A DNA stretch of 63,737 nucleotides, filler included, from an uncultured Methanosarcinales archaeon (GTDB lineage: Archaea; Nanobdellota; Nanobdellia; Woesearchaeales; UBA12501): assembly GCA_964397315.1 (NCBI GenBank). It is 5 parts of 5 records of this genome, joined end to end, with 100 filler letters (N's around TTAATTAATTAA, not from the genome) between each part and the next. Parts side by side here need not be neighbours in the genome. Positions count along the whole stretch, not along the records: positions 1 to 15,769 come from CAYNHV010000028.1; positions 15,870 to 29,313 come from CAYNHV010000030.1; 3 more parts are not named here. One strand, given 5' to 3'. A program made the translations under genes and the position numbers. Shown here one piece after another: positions 10,068 through 20,287 of this stretch (its first letter is position 1; every line of letters starts with the position of its first letter). The notes below the pieces were generated by a model. The model was not told the origin of the DNA and made no database searches. It worked only from the letters and a program-made list of their open reading frames with translations.

Positions 10068-11004
10068 GCGCCAGCCCCCTCATCTCCCTTATTGTGTTAT
10101 AGCCCTCTTTTTCCATGAAATTTCCTATCTCATTGCAAACCCTCCTGAAGACATCAATGCCCCTGTAGTAGACTGCACTCCCTATGCCCACAGCAGACGC
10201 CCCTGCCATGAACATCTCCACGGCATCCCTGCCGTAAGTGACACCTCCTGTGCCTATTATTGGAATCTTTCCTTTTGTTGCCTCATACATGTCATAGACG
10301 CACCTCACTGCAATCGGCTTTATTGCAGGGCCTGAAATGCCCCCTTTCCTGTTTGAGAGAACAGGCATTCCTGCCTCTGGATTTATTATCATTCCCGGCC
10401 CTACAGTGTTTATTGCGTTTATGCAGTCTGTTCCTGCCTTCTGCACTGCCTTTGCTGTCTCCCCTATGCTGCTGACATTGGGTGAAAGCTTTATGATAAC
10501 AGGGGCGCCTGTGTTTTTCTTCACCTCTCTTGTGACAGCTGCTGCTGTTTTTGGCTCAGCTGCAAACGGCTTTCCGAATTCTGACTCCACATTAGGGCAT
10601 GAGATGTTCGCTTCAATCAGGTTAGGCCCTGCCTTTGATATCTCTTTTGCTGTTGCGCCAAACCCCTTTATTGTTGAGGCGAATATTGAGGCTATAACAG
10701 GAGCCTTTGCAGCTTTTTTCGCGTATTCAATCTCTGCAATGCTTTCCTCAGCTCCTGCATTGGAAAGGCCGACAGCATTTATCATGCCTCCCTCATAAGT
10801 GAGGATGACAGGGCAAGGGTGGCCCTTTCTTGGCTCCATGCCTGTTGATTTTGTGGTCACAGCCCCTGCTCCGTTCCTTGCCACGTTGGCAAGCGATGCG
10901 CCTGTAACTCCCAGAATTCCAGAAGCAAGTATTGTAGGATTCTTCAGTTTTACCCTGCAGATTTCAGCGGAAATGTCCAATATCAAAACCCCCTGCAGTC
11001 TCAC
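10060..11004 (-). CDS. pyrD: Dihydroorotate dehydrogenase family 1B catalytic subunit
   Basis: NPTILASG, TTKS, NAVGLSN, NISCPN, KLSPN, GGISGPAIKP; true start may be TTG 10980. Confidence 0.95.
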   Translation of the reverse strand: MRLQGVLILDISAEICRVKLKNPTILASGILGVTGASLANVARNGAGAVTTKSTGMEPRKGHPCPVILTYEGGMINAVGLSNAGAEESIAEIEYAKKAAKAPVIASIFASTIKGFGATAKEISKAGPNLIEANISCPNVESEFGKPFAAEPKTAAAVTREVKKNTGAPVIIKLSPNVSSIGETAKAVQKAGTDCINAINTVGPGMIINPEAGMPVLSNRKGGISGPAIKPIAVRCVYDMYEATKGKIPIIGTGGVTYGRDAVEMFMAGASAVGIGSAVYYRGIDVFRRVCNEIGNFMEKEGYNTIREMRGLAHG

Positions 11005-11156
11005 TGACCTATTGGTTTATATTTTTTATGCAACAGCAGAACATAATCAGCCCCTTTCGTCTGGGTTCGGGGGTGACAAGATCATAAAAAAGTTTAAATA
11101 GGAGGGCGCCCTCCCATCACAAAAAGAGGTTCTTGATTATCACAGGGGGTTTGATT

Positions 11157-12434
11157 ATGGGAAAGAAAGCCGTACTTGCATATAGTGGAGGATTGGATAC
11201 CTCTGTTATCCTTAAATATATTGTTGAAAAGGGTTTTGATGTGGTGGCCTTTACAGCCAATATCGGCCAGGAGGAAAGTGATTTCCCCACCATAGAAGAA
11301 AAAGCAATGAATTGTGGCGCATCAAAATATGTCGCTGTTGACGCGAGAGAAAGATTTGTTACGGATTTTGTCTTTCCAGCTATCAGGGCCAATGCGAAAT
11401 ATCAGGGGAGATATCTTTTAGGAACAGCTATTGCAAGGCCTTTAACAGCCCAGCTGCAGGTGGAGGTGGCTAAAGATAACGGCGCTACTGTGCTTTCACA
11501 TGGAGCGACCGGAAAAGGAAATGACCAAGTTAGGTTTGAGATAGCATACAGAACACTCTTTCCTGAAGCAGAAATATATGCCCCCTGGAAAGACCCTGAG
11601 TTTTTAAAGGCATTTGAAGGAAGAGACCAAATGTTTGAATATGCTGAAAAGCACGGAATACCCCTGAGCCAAAGTGTAAAAGATCCCTGGAGTGAGGATG
11701 ATAACCTGTTGCACATAAGCCATGAAGCAGGGATACTGGAGAATCCCTCATTAAGACCTCCAATGAGGATCTACAAGATGATGGTGCACCCGACAGACGC
11801 GCCTGATGAGGAGACTTACATCCGGATTCATTTTGAGGATGGCACGCCTGTAAAAGTTGATAAACTAAATGTTGATATGGTTAGTGATACTGAACAAGTA
11901 AAGGAAGTGGTTGAGTCAGCGGAAGGGCCGCTTGATTTATTTCTGTACCTCAATAAGCTTGGCGGCGATAACGGCATTGGCCTTGTTGACATGGTAGAAG
12001 ACAGGTTTATAGGCATGAAGTCAAGAGGAGTCTATGAAACACCTGGAGGAGCAATTCTCTATGCAGCACATGAAGACCTTGAAGGTTTAACAATGGACAG
12101 GGAAGTAAAGGGGATAAGAGACAGGATGTCTCCTGATTTTGCAACAATAGCTTACAGGGGATTCTGGTTCTCTCCAGAAGGACAGTACATGAGAAAGGTG
12201 ATGGATGAGGCGCAGAAGGGAGTGACAGGCGCAGTTGATCTTGCTTTGTATAAAGGAAATATAATGCCCATCGGAAGGATGTCTCCTTTTTCATTATATG
12301 ATGAGAAGGTTGCAAGCATGCATGAGGAGGGCGGTTATGATCCTACAAAAGCAAGAGGATTTGTTGATCTCAATGCATTAAGAGTGCAGACTTGGGCTAA
12401 AACAATGCAAGAAAGAGAAGAGGATGTTGTTTAG
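11157..12434 (+). CDS. argG: Argininosuccinate synthase
   Basis: AYSGGLDTS, HGATGKGNDQVRFE, GMKSRGVYETPG. Confidence 0.97.
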   Translation: MGKKAVLAYSGGLDTSVILKYIVEKGFDVVAFTANIGQEESDFPTIEEKAMNCGASKYVAVDARERFVTDFVFPAIRANAKYQGRYLLGTAIARPLTAQLQVEVAKDNGATVLSHGATGKGNDQVRFEIAYRTLFPEAEIYAPWKDPEFLKAFEGRDQMFEYAEKHGIPLSQSVKDPWSEDDNLLHISHEAGILENPSLRPPMRIYKMMVHPTDAPDEETYIRIHFEDGTPVKVDKLNVDMVSDTEQVKEVVESAEGPLDLFLYLNKLGGDNGIGLVDMVEDRFIGMKSRGVYETPGGAILYAAHEDLEGLTMDREVKGIRDRMSPDFATIAYRGFWFSPEGQYMRKVMDEAQKGVTGAVDLALYKGNIMPIGRMSPFSLYDEKVASMHEEGGYDPTKARGFVDLNALRVQTWAKTMQEREEDVV

Positions 12435-12610
12435 ATTATCTTTTCTTTTGTTTTTTGGTTAATCATATTTTCAGGACTCCTCTTGTGCATAGGGGCATTA
12501 CTCTTTCATCTTTCCCTGCCTTTGTATTCTTTGAGCCTCATATTACCCTTATTGTTCCGCCCATTCTAAAACCTGGCATTACAGAATATGCTCAATATTG
12601 CAGTGGCGGC

Positions 12611-13199
12611 CTAGATGTGTTTTTTAAGGTATTGGACAACTTTAATCAAGAATTCTTTATCTTCAGGGTTCCATCTGTCAATAACCATATGTCCAAAGTC
12701 TTTATCAAAAAAAGTTCTTCCTTCAAACTTCCTTTTGCCCTTATATCTTGGAACCAATTGCAGATGCAAATGCTCAGCCATATTCCCTAATTGCATGATA
12801 TTGAACCAGTCAGGATGAAATGTTTCTTCCAAAGCTGATTTTAAATCTGAAACAACCTGTCTTAGTTCAATCAATTCCTCATCGGTTAATTCTTCAAAAA
12901 AGAAAATATGCCTTTTTAATATGTCAGAAATATACCACTGGTTTATTTAACCAGTGGACAAAGTCCACAAAGGCATATCCGCAGAGGGTATATTTCTGAG
13001 CATGCTCAAAAACCACAGGTCAATAAAGAAGGAGAATGAAGCTTTCGCTTCATGCCACCGGTCTCTGACCGGTGGTTTTTGACACAGCATGACTCCAACC
13101 AATCAAAAATTGGCTGTCTGCTAAATATAGATTCCAATATTTATATTCTTTTAATTTAAGATAATCTTCTTTGAAATCACACCACTTGCATTTCTTCAT
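12611..13199 (-). pseudogene. HIT family protein interrupted by a 163-bp insertion
   Basis: MKKCKWCDF..GWSHA (13085-13199) joins VLKRHIFFFEELT..HLHLQLVPRY in frame when 12922-13084 is removed. Confidence 0.85.
12922..13084. mobile_element. Non-autonomous palindromic insertion (MITE/PATE-like)
   Basis: Ends TGTCA..TGACA, subterminal hairpins CCACTGGTT..AACCAGTGG and CCACCGGTC..GACCGGTGG, no clear TSD. Confidence 0.8.
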
Positions 13200-13733
13200 A
13201 GGGCTGCAAAAGGATTCTTAAGTTTATAAATGTAATGCCTCCCCATGCATGATATCGCCTGTCGCTTCACCCCCCCATGCCTCATCTCAACAATGCAGTC
13301 CTTGAACCCGTGCTTCCTGTAGGCCCTCACCGCAGGCTCGTTGTTTTGGTAGACCTGAAGCCTTATGTCCTTTATTCCTTTCCTGCGGAACCATTTCAGG
13401 AGCTCCTCTATTATCTTTCCTGCGATGCCCCTGCGCCTGTACTCATCCTTCACATACATTGTTCCTATGAACCCCTTGTATTTGTACCTTGACCATGTCC
13501 CCTTATTCTTTGAGATTTCTCCTGAGCCGCATCCTACTGCCTTGCCGTCTGCCTCTGCTATAAGAAAGAGACAGTTCCTTGACCTTATCTTTCTCCTTAT
13601 CTCTTTTTGGGAGGTGAGAATCTTATCCTTCCTCCTGAAGCTTGGGTCAATATTCCTCTCATGCAGGCCTATCTGGTGCTGGAACCTGTCTATTGTCTTA
13701 ACATCAGACAGTCCTGCCTTTCTTATGTTCATT
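13196..13733 (-). CDS. GNAT family N-acetyltransferase
   Basis: YVKDEYRRRGIA motif A, NEPAVRAYRKHGF; start approximate (ORF track 13765). Confidence 0.9.
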
Positions 13734-13739
13734 TTCATT

Positions 13740-14123
13740 CTAATCATACATGAAGTCAAGCTCATCAGACCTTACTGTTGTCTCTTTCGGCCCTGTGTCC
13801 TCTTTTTTTATCTCTGACTTCACTTCCTCAAACTTCTTTTTCTTCTTCAGCTCAGGCTCTTTCTTTTTGTTTATCCTTCCCTCATTCATCTCAAGGCCTC
13901 GCCTGAAGTTTATGTTTCCACAGTTCATGCAGTGGAAGTAAGGGCCGAATTTTCCTGTCCTGGGCTCAAGATCCTCCCCGCATACGCACCTGAGATCATC
14001 AAGGGTGAGGTCCTTGTGCCTCCTGCATACAGGGATTCCCTGGGAATTCTGGAATGTGGCCTGAGTGTTGCAGAAAGGACACTTGTTTATCTTTGACTGG
14101 CCGTAGCGCTTTGGAATTCTCAT
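13740..14123 (-). CDS. Hypothetical Zn-ribbon protein
   Basis: CPFC, CRRH, CVCG..GKFGPYFHCMNC; upstream TATA. Confidence 0.7.
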   Translation of the reverse strand: MRIPKRYGQSKINKCPFCNTQATFQNSQGIPVCRRHKDLTLDDLRCVCGEDLEPRTGKFGPYFHCMNCGNINFRRGLEMNEGRINKKKEPELKKKKKFEEVKSEIKKEDTGPKETTVRSDELDFMYD

Positions 14124-14397
14124 GAGGGAGTGTAAGATGAAGTTGTTTTTAAATATGGTGGTTTACTGTATTTTTTGTTGTATTATTTTTACAGGACACC
14201 TGTTTAAGGCGAGAGATTTCCGTGAGTAAAGACAGAAAACAAAAATCATTGCTCAAATAAAATTTCTTTCAGTATGGCAAAGAGCATAAGGAATATCATC
14301 AGGAGATTAATGCAGAAAAAGCGGAACCTCAGAAACCGCAAACTTTATATATGAAAGTGCATCTTATGTGCATATTAAGTGTATACAAGGTGATAAA

Positions 14398-14652
14398 ATG
14401 GTCCATGCGAGAATGTCCTTGAATGAATACACCAACAAGGTATTGAATGTGATAAAAGCAAAGTTTGACCTCCATGACAAGAGCGAGGCGATGGACAAGT
14501 TTGCAGAGATGTTCGGAGATGAGATAGTTGAGAAGGAAGCTGATGACAAGTTCGTGAAAGATGTCATAAAATCCTGCGAGCAGCACATAAAGAAGTACGG
14601 CCACAGAAAGATGTCCCTTGATGAGCTGGACAAGGTCTGCGGTATAAAATGA
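14398..14652 (+). CDS. Antitoxin (DUF2683-like)
   Basis: NKVLNVIKAKFDLHDKSEA; overlaps the downstream toxin start; paralog at 60332. Confidence 0.75.
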   Translation: MVHARMSLNEYTNKVLNVIKAKFDLHDKSEAMDKFAEMFGDEIVEKEADDKFVKDVIKSCEQHIKKYGHRKMSLDELDKVCGIK

Positions 14653-14924
14653 GCTTTAACTTTGACCTGTCAGATGAGCTTAAGGCAGTGCTCAGGAAAC
14701 TCTCAAAAAAAGACCTTAAAAGGGTTCTTATTGTAAACAAGAAAATAAAAGAGGTCATAAATAATGATGAAGATTCTGTTGACAGATACAAAAACCTGAA
14801 ACATGGCTTAAAAGAATATAAGCGAGTCCATATTGACAAAAGCTTTGTTCTTGTGTTCAAGGTTGATAAGCCACGAAATCATATCCTCTTTGACAGAATG
14901 GCTCATCATGATGACATATATTAA
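14649..14924 (+). CDS. RelE/ParE-family toxin
   Basis: YKNLKHGLKEYKRVHI..FVLVF..HHDDIY. Confidence 0.8.
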   Translation: MSFNFDLSDELKAVLRKLSKKDLKRVLIVNKKIKEVINNDEDSVDRYKNLKHGLKEYKRVHIDKSFVLVFKVDKPRNHILFDRMAHHDDIY

Positions 14925-15028
14925 TCTCCCCTGCTTTCGCAGGAACAGATGGCACACTGTGGTATTCTGCCGAAGCCTGCCTGAAAGCCAGCCCGAAGAT
15001 GATCTTTCCATATGCTCATGATAATCCC

Positions 15029-15514
15029 TCAAAACTCCCTGTCCAGCACCTTAACATAGTCTTTCACTCTTGACAGCACTGTCTGCAGGAGGTACTGCTC
15101 TATCCTCTCCTGGAATATGTTGTTCAGGCTCTCATGCTCGTTTATCCTATACCTGTTCCTGACCTTCTCAACCAGGAAAAGATCCCTCAGCCTCTTGAGC
15201 TGCCTTCTTATGTTGGATGAGGCAACTCCTGCAACAGCCAGGCCTGCGTTCTTTCTTGACTCTATAACCTTCTCCTTTATCTCCTCAGAATTAAGCTCTG
15301 TCTTGTCCTTCCTTGCCTTGAGCAGGACATGAAGTATGTCCACTATTATGTCCCTTGAGTCTCCTGGCTGCAGCAGCCCTGTGGAGAGGCAGAGCTTTCT
15401 CACCAGGTCCCTCTGGTCCATTTTCGCGGGCTTCTCGTACTTCCTTAGGGTTATCTCTGCCAGGGGCGTGTCCTTTGATATTATCTTGTTTTTCATGCAT
15501 TCTAGTGTGTTCAC
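15029..15514 (-). CDS. Hypothetical winged-helix protein
   Basis: EITLRKYEKP, SNIRRQLKRLRDLFLVEK wHTH-like segment; GGAGGTG SD. Confidence 0.7.
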   Translation of the reverse strand: MNTLECMKNKIISKDTPLAEITLRKYEKPAKMDQRDLVRKLCLSTGLLQPGDSRDIIVDILHVLLKARKDKTELNSEEIKEKVIESRKNAGLAVAGVASSNIRRQLKRLRDLFLVEKVRNRYRINEHESLNNIFQERIEQYLLQTVLSRVKDYVKVLDREF

Positions 15515-15769
15515 CTCCTTTTAAATATCTGACCCTCGTAAGTCCAGTGTCCAGTGCTTTCCTGCAAGTCTCCTGCAGGCCCTGGAAAGCTGTTATCAAG
15601 GCAAAACCGGATGTCCAGTGAAAGCTTAAATCATGTTGTAAACGCTTATTTTAAACTGTTTTTGCCAGGAGGGCGGCCTTTACAGCAAAATATTTATATA
15701 TCTTTCGGATAATGCGAGGTTGGTGCGAAAATAGTGTAATAAAATAAGGGCTTTTGCCCTTATTAGTGT

Positions 15770-15869
15770 NNNNNNNNNNNNNNNNNNNNNNNNNNNNNNN
15801 NNNNNNNNNNNNNTTAATTAATTAANNNNNNNNNNNNNNNNNNNNNNNNNNNNNNNNNNNNNNNNNNNN
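15770..15869. other. Artificial contig linker
   Basis: 100 nt of N with central TTAATTAATTAA (stops in all six frames). Confidence 0.97.
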
Positions 15870-15980
15870 ACATTATGGCATAATCTATTTTGGGTAGGAA
15901 AATAGTTTTACTGTCCCACACCCTGCCAGCTCAAAAAATATTTAAACTAACAGGGAATATCCATTCTCAGGGGGTAAAAA

Positions 15981-16496
15981 ATGAAAAAAAAAGCGCTTAT
16001 TGCATTGTCCTTCATCTTCCTGCTCAGCCTGCTCTCTGCCATTGCCATTGCCCAGGGAAAAGAGGCCAATGTAAGCCTTAATGTTGAGAGGATGGAGGAT
16101 GCCACTCCCCTCTTCACTGTCATAGTGCTGGCCATAGTGTTTGTCATACTGCTCTTTCTCTCAATGTACCTCCTCAGGCATATAGTGCAGGAGCAGAAGA
16201 AGAAAAAAGCATTAAAAGAGAAGATAAGCGACCCTGACGAGACCGAATACAGGGAAGAGCATGAGGACGTTTCAGAATTCTCTGCAGACACAGAGCTGGA
16301 CAAGTACCTCAAGGAGGATGAGAGGAATGTTGTGAGCATACTGAGGCAGAGAGGCGGGGTTTGCTCCCAGTCAACCCTGAGAATAGCAGGAGACTTCTCA
16401 AAGGCCACTCTCAGCAGGCTGCTGAAGGAGCTTGAGGAGAGGAACATAATAAGGAAAGAGAAGAGGGGCAAGAAAAACCTTGTAATACTGAAATAA
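15981..16496 (+). CDS. Membrane-anchored wHTH regulator
   Basis: Signal/TM plus TM helix, C-terminal QSTL..FSKATLSRLLKELEERNII; paralog at 57590. Confidence 0.75.
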   Translation: MKKKALIALSFIFLLSLLSAIAIAQGKEANVSLNVERMEDATPLFTVIVLAIVFVILLFLSMYLLRHIVQEQKKKKALKEKISDPDETEYREEHEDVSEFSADTELDKYLKEDERNVVSILRQRGGVCSQSTLRIAGDFSKATLSRLLKELEERNIIRKEKRGKKNLVILK

Positions 16497-16603
16497 GGCG
16501 CGGCCTGCTTTAACCATGTTCTATGTTACCACTTTCATATACTCAAAAAATAGAAAGTTTTATATAGAAACTCCACTCCCTAACTTTAGTAAGGGGGTTC
16601 AGG

Positions 16604-17998
16604 ATGAGCGAACAGGAGAACATGAACAAAGGGCTTGTGGAGAGAATTCTTGACATCACAAGAGCAGACATAGCAAAAAATCCTGAGCATATGCTCATCA
16701 ACCCCTCCAGAGAGCATTCCATAGCTGACCTTCTTGAGTTCAATTATGATAAAGGAACTACAACAAATGATGTTGAGGAATTCTCGCGCTTTGTGGCATC
16801 CCACCTCAACTACCAGCCCAGAGCCGACTCTCCTGTCTATGAGATTTTCGGCAAGAAGATAGATGAGATTAATGGCGAGGAGTTCTCAAAACAGCCGCGC
16901 TCAAGCATGGTGGAGCTGCTTAAGGGCATATCAAACAACCTTTTCAACTATTTTGATGTGCATTTTGACCCTGAAAACCTGAATGAAAGGGACAAGAAGA
17001 GATATGAAGAGCTCACCACAAGGCTTGGGGTAAGAGACCCTTTCATGAGCAGGGAATCAGGAGGAAAGAGAAGGATAGAATTCAAGCAGGAAGTGAAAGA
17101 CAACCCGCGAGATTACCTTAGCATAAGGTTTGAGGCAGGAGAGATCTACAATGCAAACAAGGAAAAGTTTGATGATGCTCTTGCAGCTTTCCTGATTGAA
17201 TCGCATGAAGCAGGCAAGGAGTGGCAGGGAGGGCCTTCAGATGTTCCTGGAGAGGATACATTGACTGGACTCTCTCCAGCACTGGTTCATACAGAGCTTC
17301 CTGAGGTAAGCCGCTTAAAAGAATTCTGGCATAAAAACCCTTTCAGCACATTCGGCCGGATTCTCAGAAAGGCAAAACACAACAGGAAAAAGCTGGAACG
17401 TGGAAAGATAGAATACTGGGAGGAAAGCTTCACTGTGTACAGGGAGGCGGACAATGAGGTTGGACAGGAAAGAAGGAAATACCATCTTGAGAATCCTGAA
17501 AGTTTAGAAGCGCTTACAGGCAAGGAGAAGGCCTATCTGGGAGTTGAGTACAAGAAAAGAAGATTAAGGGACTGGAAAATTGCGGCAGGCATCCTGATAG
17601 GAATGATACCTGAACTTATTCTGGGAGGTGGGTGGCTTTGGGAGAGGTACATAAACAAGACCACAAACAAGCCACTTTCAGAATATGTGGGTGAGACACT
17701 CCAGAACATGGGTCCTGGCCAGCCTCCTGGAGAGGGCCGAGAGCCAAAGATAATAACTCTTCCGCCAGAGTACACAGAAAGAGCGTGCGAGGACAACTGC
17801 AGCGAGTATTTCGAGCAGCCTGAACAAGAAAAAATAGCTCCAGCCCCAATATGCACGCCTGAGAAGCAGATTGAGGTGAGGTACAGGGACAGGGAAATAA
17901 TAAAATATGTGGAAAAAGACTGCCCCCCTTGCAATTGCGAGGGAAGAAAGGAAGGCGGCGGAGTTCCGAGCGGAGCAGGAAGAAAGATTGTTCCGTGA
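16604..17998 (+). CDS. Hypothetical single-pass membrane protein with Cys/Pro-rich C-terminus
   Basis: 464-aa ORF, TM IAAGILIGMIPELILGGGWLW, upstream TATA. Confidence 0.7.
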   Translation: MSEQENMNKGLVERILDITRADIAKNPEHMLINPSREHSIADLLEFNYDKGTTTNDVEEFSRFVASHLNYQPRADSPVYEIFGKKIDEINGEEFSKQPRSSMVELLKGISNNLFNYFDVHFDPENLNERDKKRYEELTTRLGVRDPFMSRESGGKRRIEFKQEVKDNPRDYLSIRFEAGEIYNANKEKFDDALAAFLIESHEAGKEWQGGPSDVPGEDTLTGLSPALVHTELPEVSRLKEFWHKNPFSTFGRILRKAKHNRKKLERGKIEYWEESFTVYREADNEVGQERRKYHLENPESLEALTGKEKAYLGVEYKKRRLRDWKIAAGILIGMIPELILGGGWLWERYINKTTNKPLSEYVGETLQNMGPGQPPGEGREPKIITLPPEYTERACEDNCSEYFEQPEQEKIAPAPICTPEKQIEVRYRDREIIKYVEKDCPPCNCEGRKEGGGVPSGAGRKIVP

Positions 17999-18313
17999 AA
18001 GAAGGCCTAAAACAGCTTTAATCCAGCTGAGCGCGCTCATGGAACATTATGGAACAAAAAGAAGTGATTCTTGGCCTGGCTGGCATGGGGCAGCCAGACA
18101 GTTTCATGGATAATATATTTTTACACTGCCGGAACAGGGCAATAAAGAGGCTGCAGCCCCAAAAGGCAGCAAGAGTATTTACCACTGAGGTATACTAAAC
18201 AAACAAAAGATTTATATATCTGGTATGTTTACAGCAGTGGAATACTCGGTCTTGGATTATAAAAGGGGGGAAGAGGCAGAGCCTCACAGCCAAAAGAGCA
18301 TATTCCGGAATAC

Positions 18314-20059
18314 ATGAAAATGGGCTTGAACAAAACAATCAGGGACATTGGCCAGACAGTAGAGGGCATGTACTGGGACGCGTCCCACCTTGCAGGAGAA
18401 TCATTCAGCAAGCTAAAGGATTCCAGAACAGCAAGACTGACAGCAGAACTTGCGCTTCTTTTGTCAGGGGGGGCAGCTGCAGCAGTCCATTCTCCGGCAA
18501 CCGCCCAGCCAAACGAGAAGAAGATACCCTACTGCGACTTTTCTGACACTGAAAGCAAGGAGAAAAAAAATGTTCTTAACAACATAACAAGCCTTTTTGA
18601 GTCAGGACAATACAATATGTTCTCTGTTGTTGTCAGGCAGGGAGAAACAATAGAGGAGGCAATAAGGGCTTATGCCACAACATGGGCAGTCCAGGAACAG
18701 AGGGAGCAGTTCACACGCCAGGCTCTTGATTTTGTAGGCCAAGTGTACGGGCCTGAGCATGTATCCAATAGAACATACAGCTCAACAAGAAAAGTGCCTG
18801 TTTGCGCTCCAATAGATGGATGCAGTTCTGATGAGGTAATAAGGATAGCAACAAGCCCAGTGCCCTCTGCAAGCCTTGAGGAAAGGGCAAGAACAGAAGA
18901 GTCTGAGACTGCAACAAGCGAGGCAGCAATAGGAAGTGGAGAAAGAGGAAGAAAGAAAACCGATGAAAAAAAGACAGACACAGAAACAACAGAGGAGACA
19001 ACAGGAAGCAATGATGAGGGGTATGATTCTCTCACTGAAGGCAACAACCCTGCAGCCATATTCAGCACAGCAATAGGCCAGTACATTGAAGCAAGAGACG
19101 GCAATCTCACATGCCAGGTCGGAGCAGGCCCGATATTCGGTGTTGCAGAAAGGACAGACAATGACATTATTGAGATAAGGGACCCTGTTACAGGAGACCT
19201 TATGGGAACTGAATCGCTTGAGAAAGTGCTTGAGTCAGACATCACAGGATGGTATGCAAACGCATTTGCGAGAATAGGGGACTCAACACTCCTTAGCCTT
19301 AACATACAGAACATTAACCAGGACGGAACATTCTCAATAGAGGGAGAGGATGTAAGCGACTACACAAGGGAGGACCTCACAGCAAGGCTCGGCATGAGAA
19401 GGGGATTGAAGAAATGGGATGGCAAGGCAGTAATAACAGGAGACATATTCCTCGGCTATGAGCAGTCAAAAGACAGGGGAAGCGATGCCTCAGGAGACCA
19501 TGAGAGCAGCACAGAGCTTTACGGCATAGGGGGAGGCCTTAATGGAGCGTTCAGACTCTCACTGGGAGACTTTGAATTCATACCCGGCCTGGGTCTTGGA
19601 TACAGCTATTTTTCAGACCAGGACGAGGACATGCACACCCTGCTCTGGACAAAAGCAGGCGTATTTGACATAAAGCTGAGCGAACTCCTGTCAATGGGAG
19701 TGGGTTACACACTCAATATTGACGAGAGCACAAACTCGGACAAGGAGCTTGACCATCTCATAAACAGGACTCACAACATAGGCCTGCAGGCCACGCTAAG
19801 GCCTGTTGGAAACAACGGCTCCCTTGGATTCAGCGTGGATTATTTTGCAGGAACTCATGAAGAGGATTTTGCAGGAGATCTGCTTGATATTGAGGGTGAC
19901 ATAACAGGATACGGGCTAAAGCTTACAGGAAGCTATCCGCTTGGCAAAAGTGCAGTGGGCATGAGCCTTGGAGTCAAACACACAGAGGTCAGGTTTGCTG
20001 ACAATGCCGGAGACTCAAGCAGGACTGTATGGAATATTGAAGGAAATTACCAGTTTTAG
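18314..20059 (+). CDS. Hypothetical secreted protein with beta-barrel-like C-terminal region
   Basis: Hydrophobic N-terminal segment, alternating amphipathic strands over the last ~310 aa, terminal VWNIEGNYQF. Confidence 0.6.
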   Translation: MKMGLNKTIRDIGQTVEGMYWDASHLAGESFSKLKDSRTARLTAELALLLSGGAAAAVHSPATAQPNEKKIPYCDFSDTESKEKKNVLNNITSLFESGQYNMFSVVVRQGETIEEAIRAYATTWAVQEQREQFTRQALDFVGQVYGPEHVSNRTYSSTRKVPVCAPIDGCSSDEVIRIATSPVPSASLEERARTEESETATSEAAIGSGERGRKKTDEKKTDTETTEETTGSNDEGYDSLTEGNNPAAIFSTAIGQYIEARDGNLTCQVGAGPIFGVAERTDNDIIEIRDPVTGDLMGTESLEKVLESDITGWYANAFARIGDSTLLSLNIQNINQDGTFSIEGEDVSDYTREDLTARLGMRRGLKKWDGKAVITGDIFLGYEQSKDRGSDASGDHESSTELYGIGGGLNGAFRLSLGDFEFIPGLGLGYSYFSDQDEDMHTLLWTKAGVFDIKLSELLSMGVGYTLNIDESTNSDKELDHLINRTHNIGLQATLRPVGNNGSLGFSVDYFAGTHEEDFAGDLLDIEGDITGYGLKLTGSYPLGKSAVGMSLGVKHTEVRFADNAGDSSRTVWNIEGNYQF

Positions 20060-20287
20060 CCGGATAAGTCCTTTACGGGCCTGAAATGACATTCAAAAGC
20101 ATCACAGGGCTTCAAAAGCCCGCAAAAGAGGGGTGGAACATTATGGAACCAAACAATGCGCCATAAAGCCTCGGCGTCCTGCTTTTAGGCATGGTTCCGC
20201 CAATAATGTATTAATAAATACAAATGTCAATGCGTTAAGTCAGTGCATCAATACCTTATCAAAACCAGTTCAGGGGGTGTCAAAGAC

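Noticed and set aside
7429..10798. Long antisense ORFs over the pyr genes (and similar shadows elsewhere)
   Set aside because: Ser/Phe/Leu-rich mirror translations of well-supported genes on the opposite strand
15770..15869. TTAATTAATTAA palindrome within N runs (four times) as a biological motif
   Set aside because: Identical 100-nt linkers with six-frame stops; contigs ordered by decreasing length, so it is an assembly artefact
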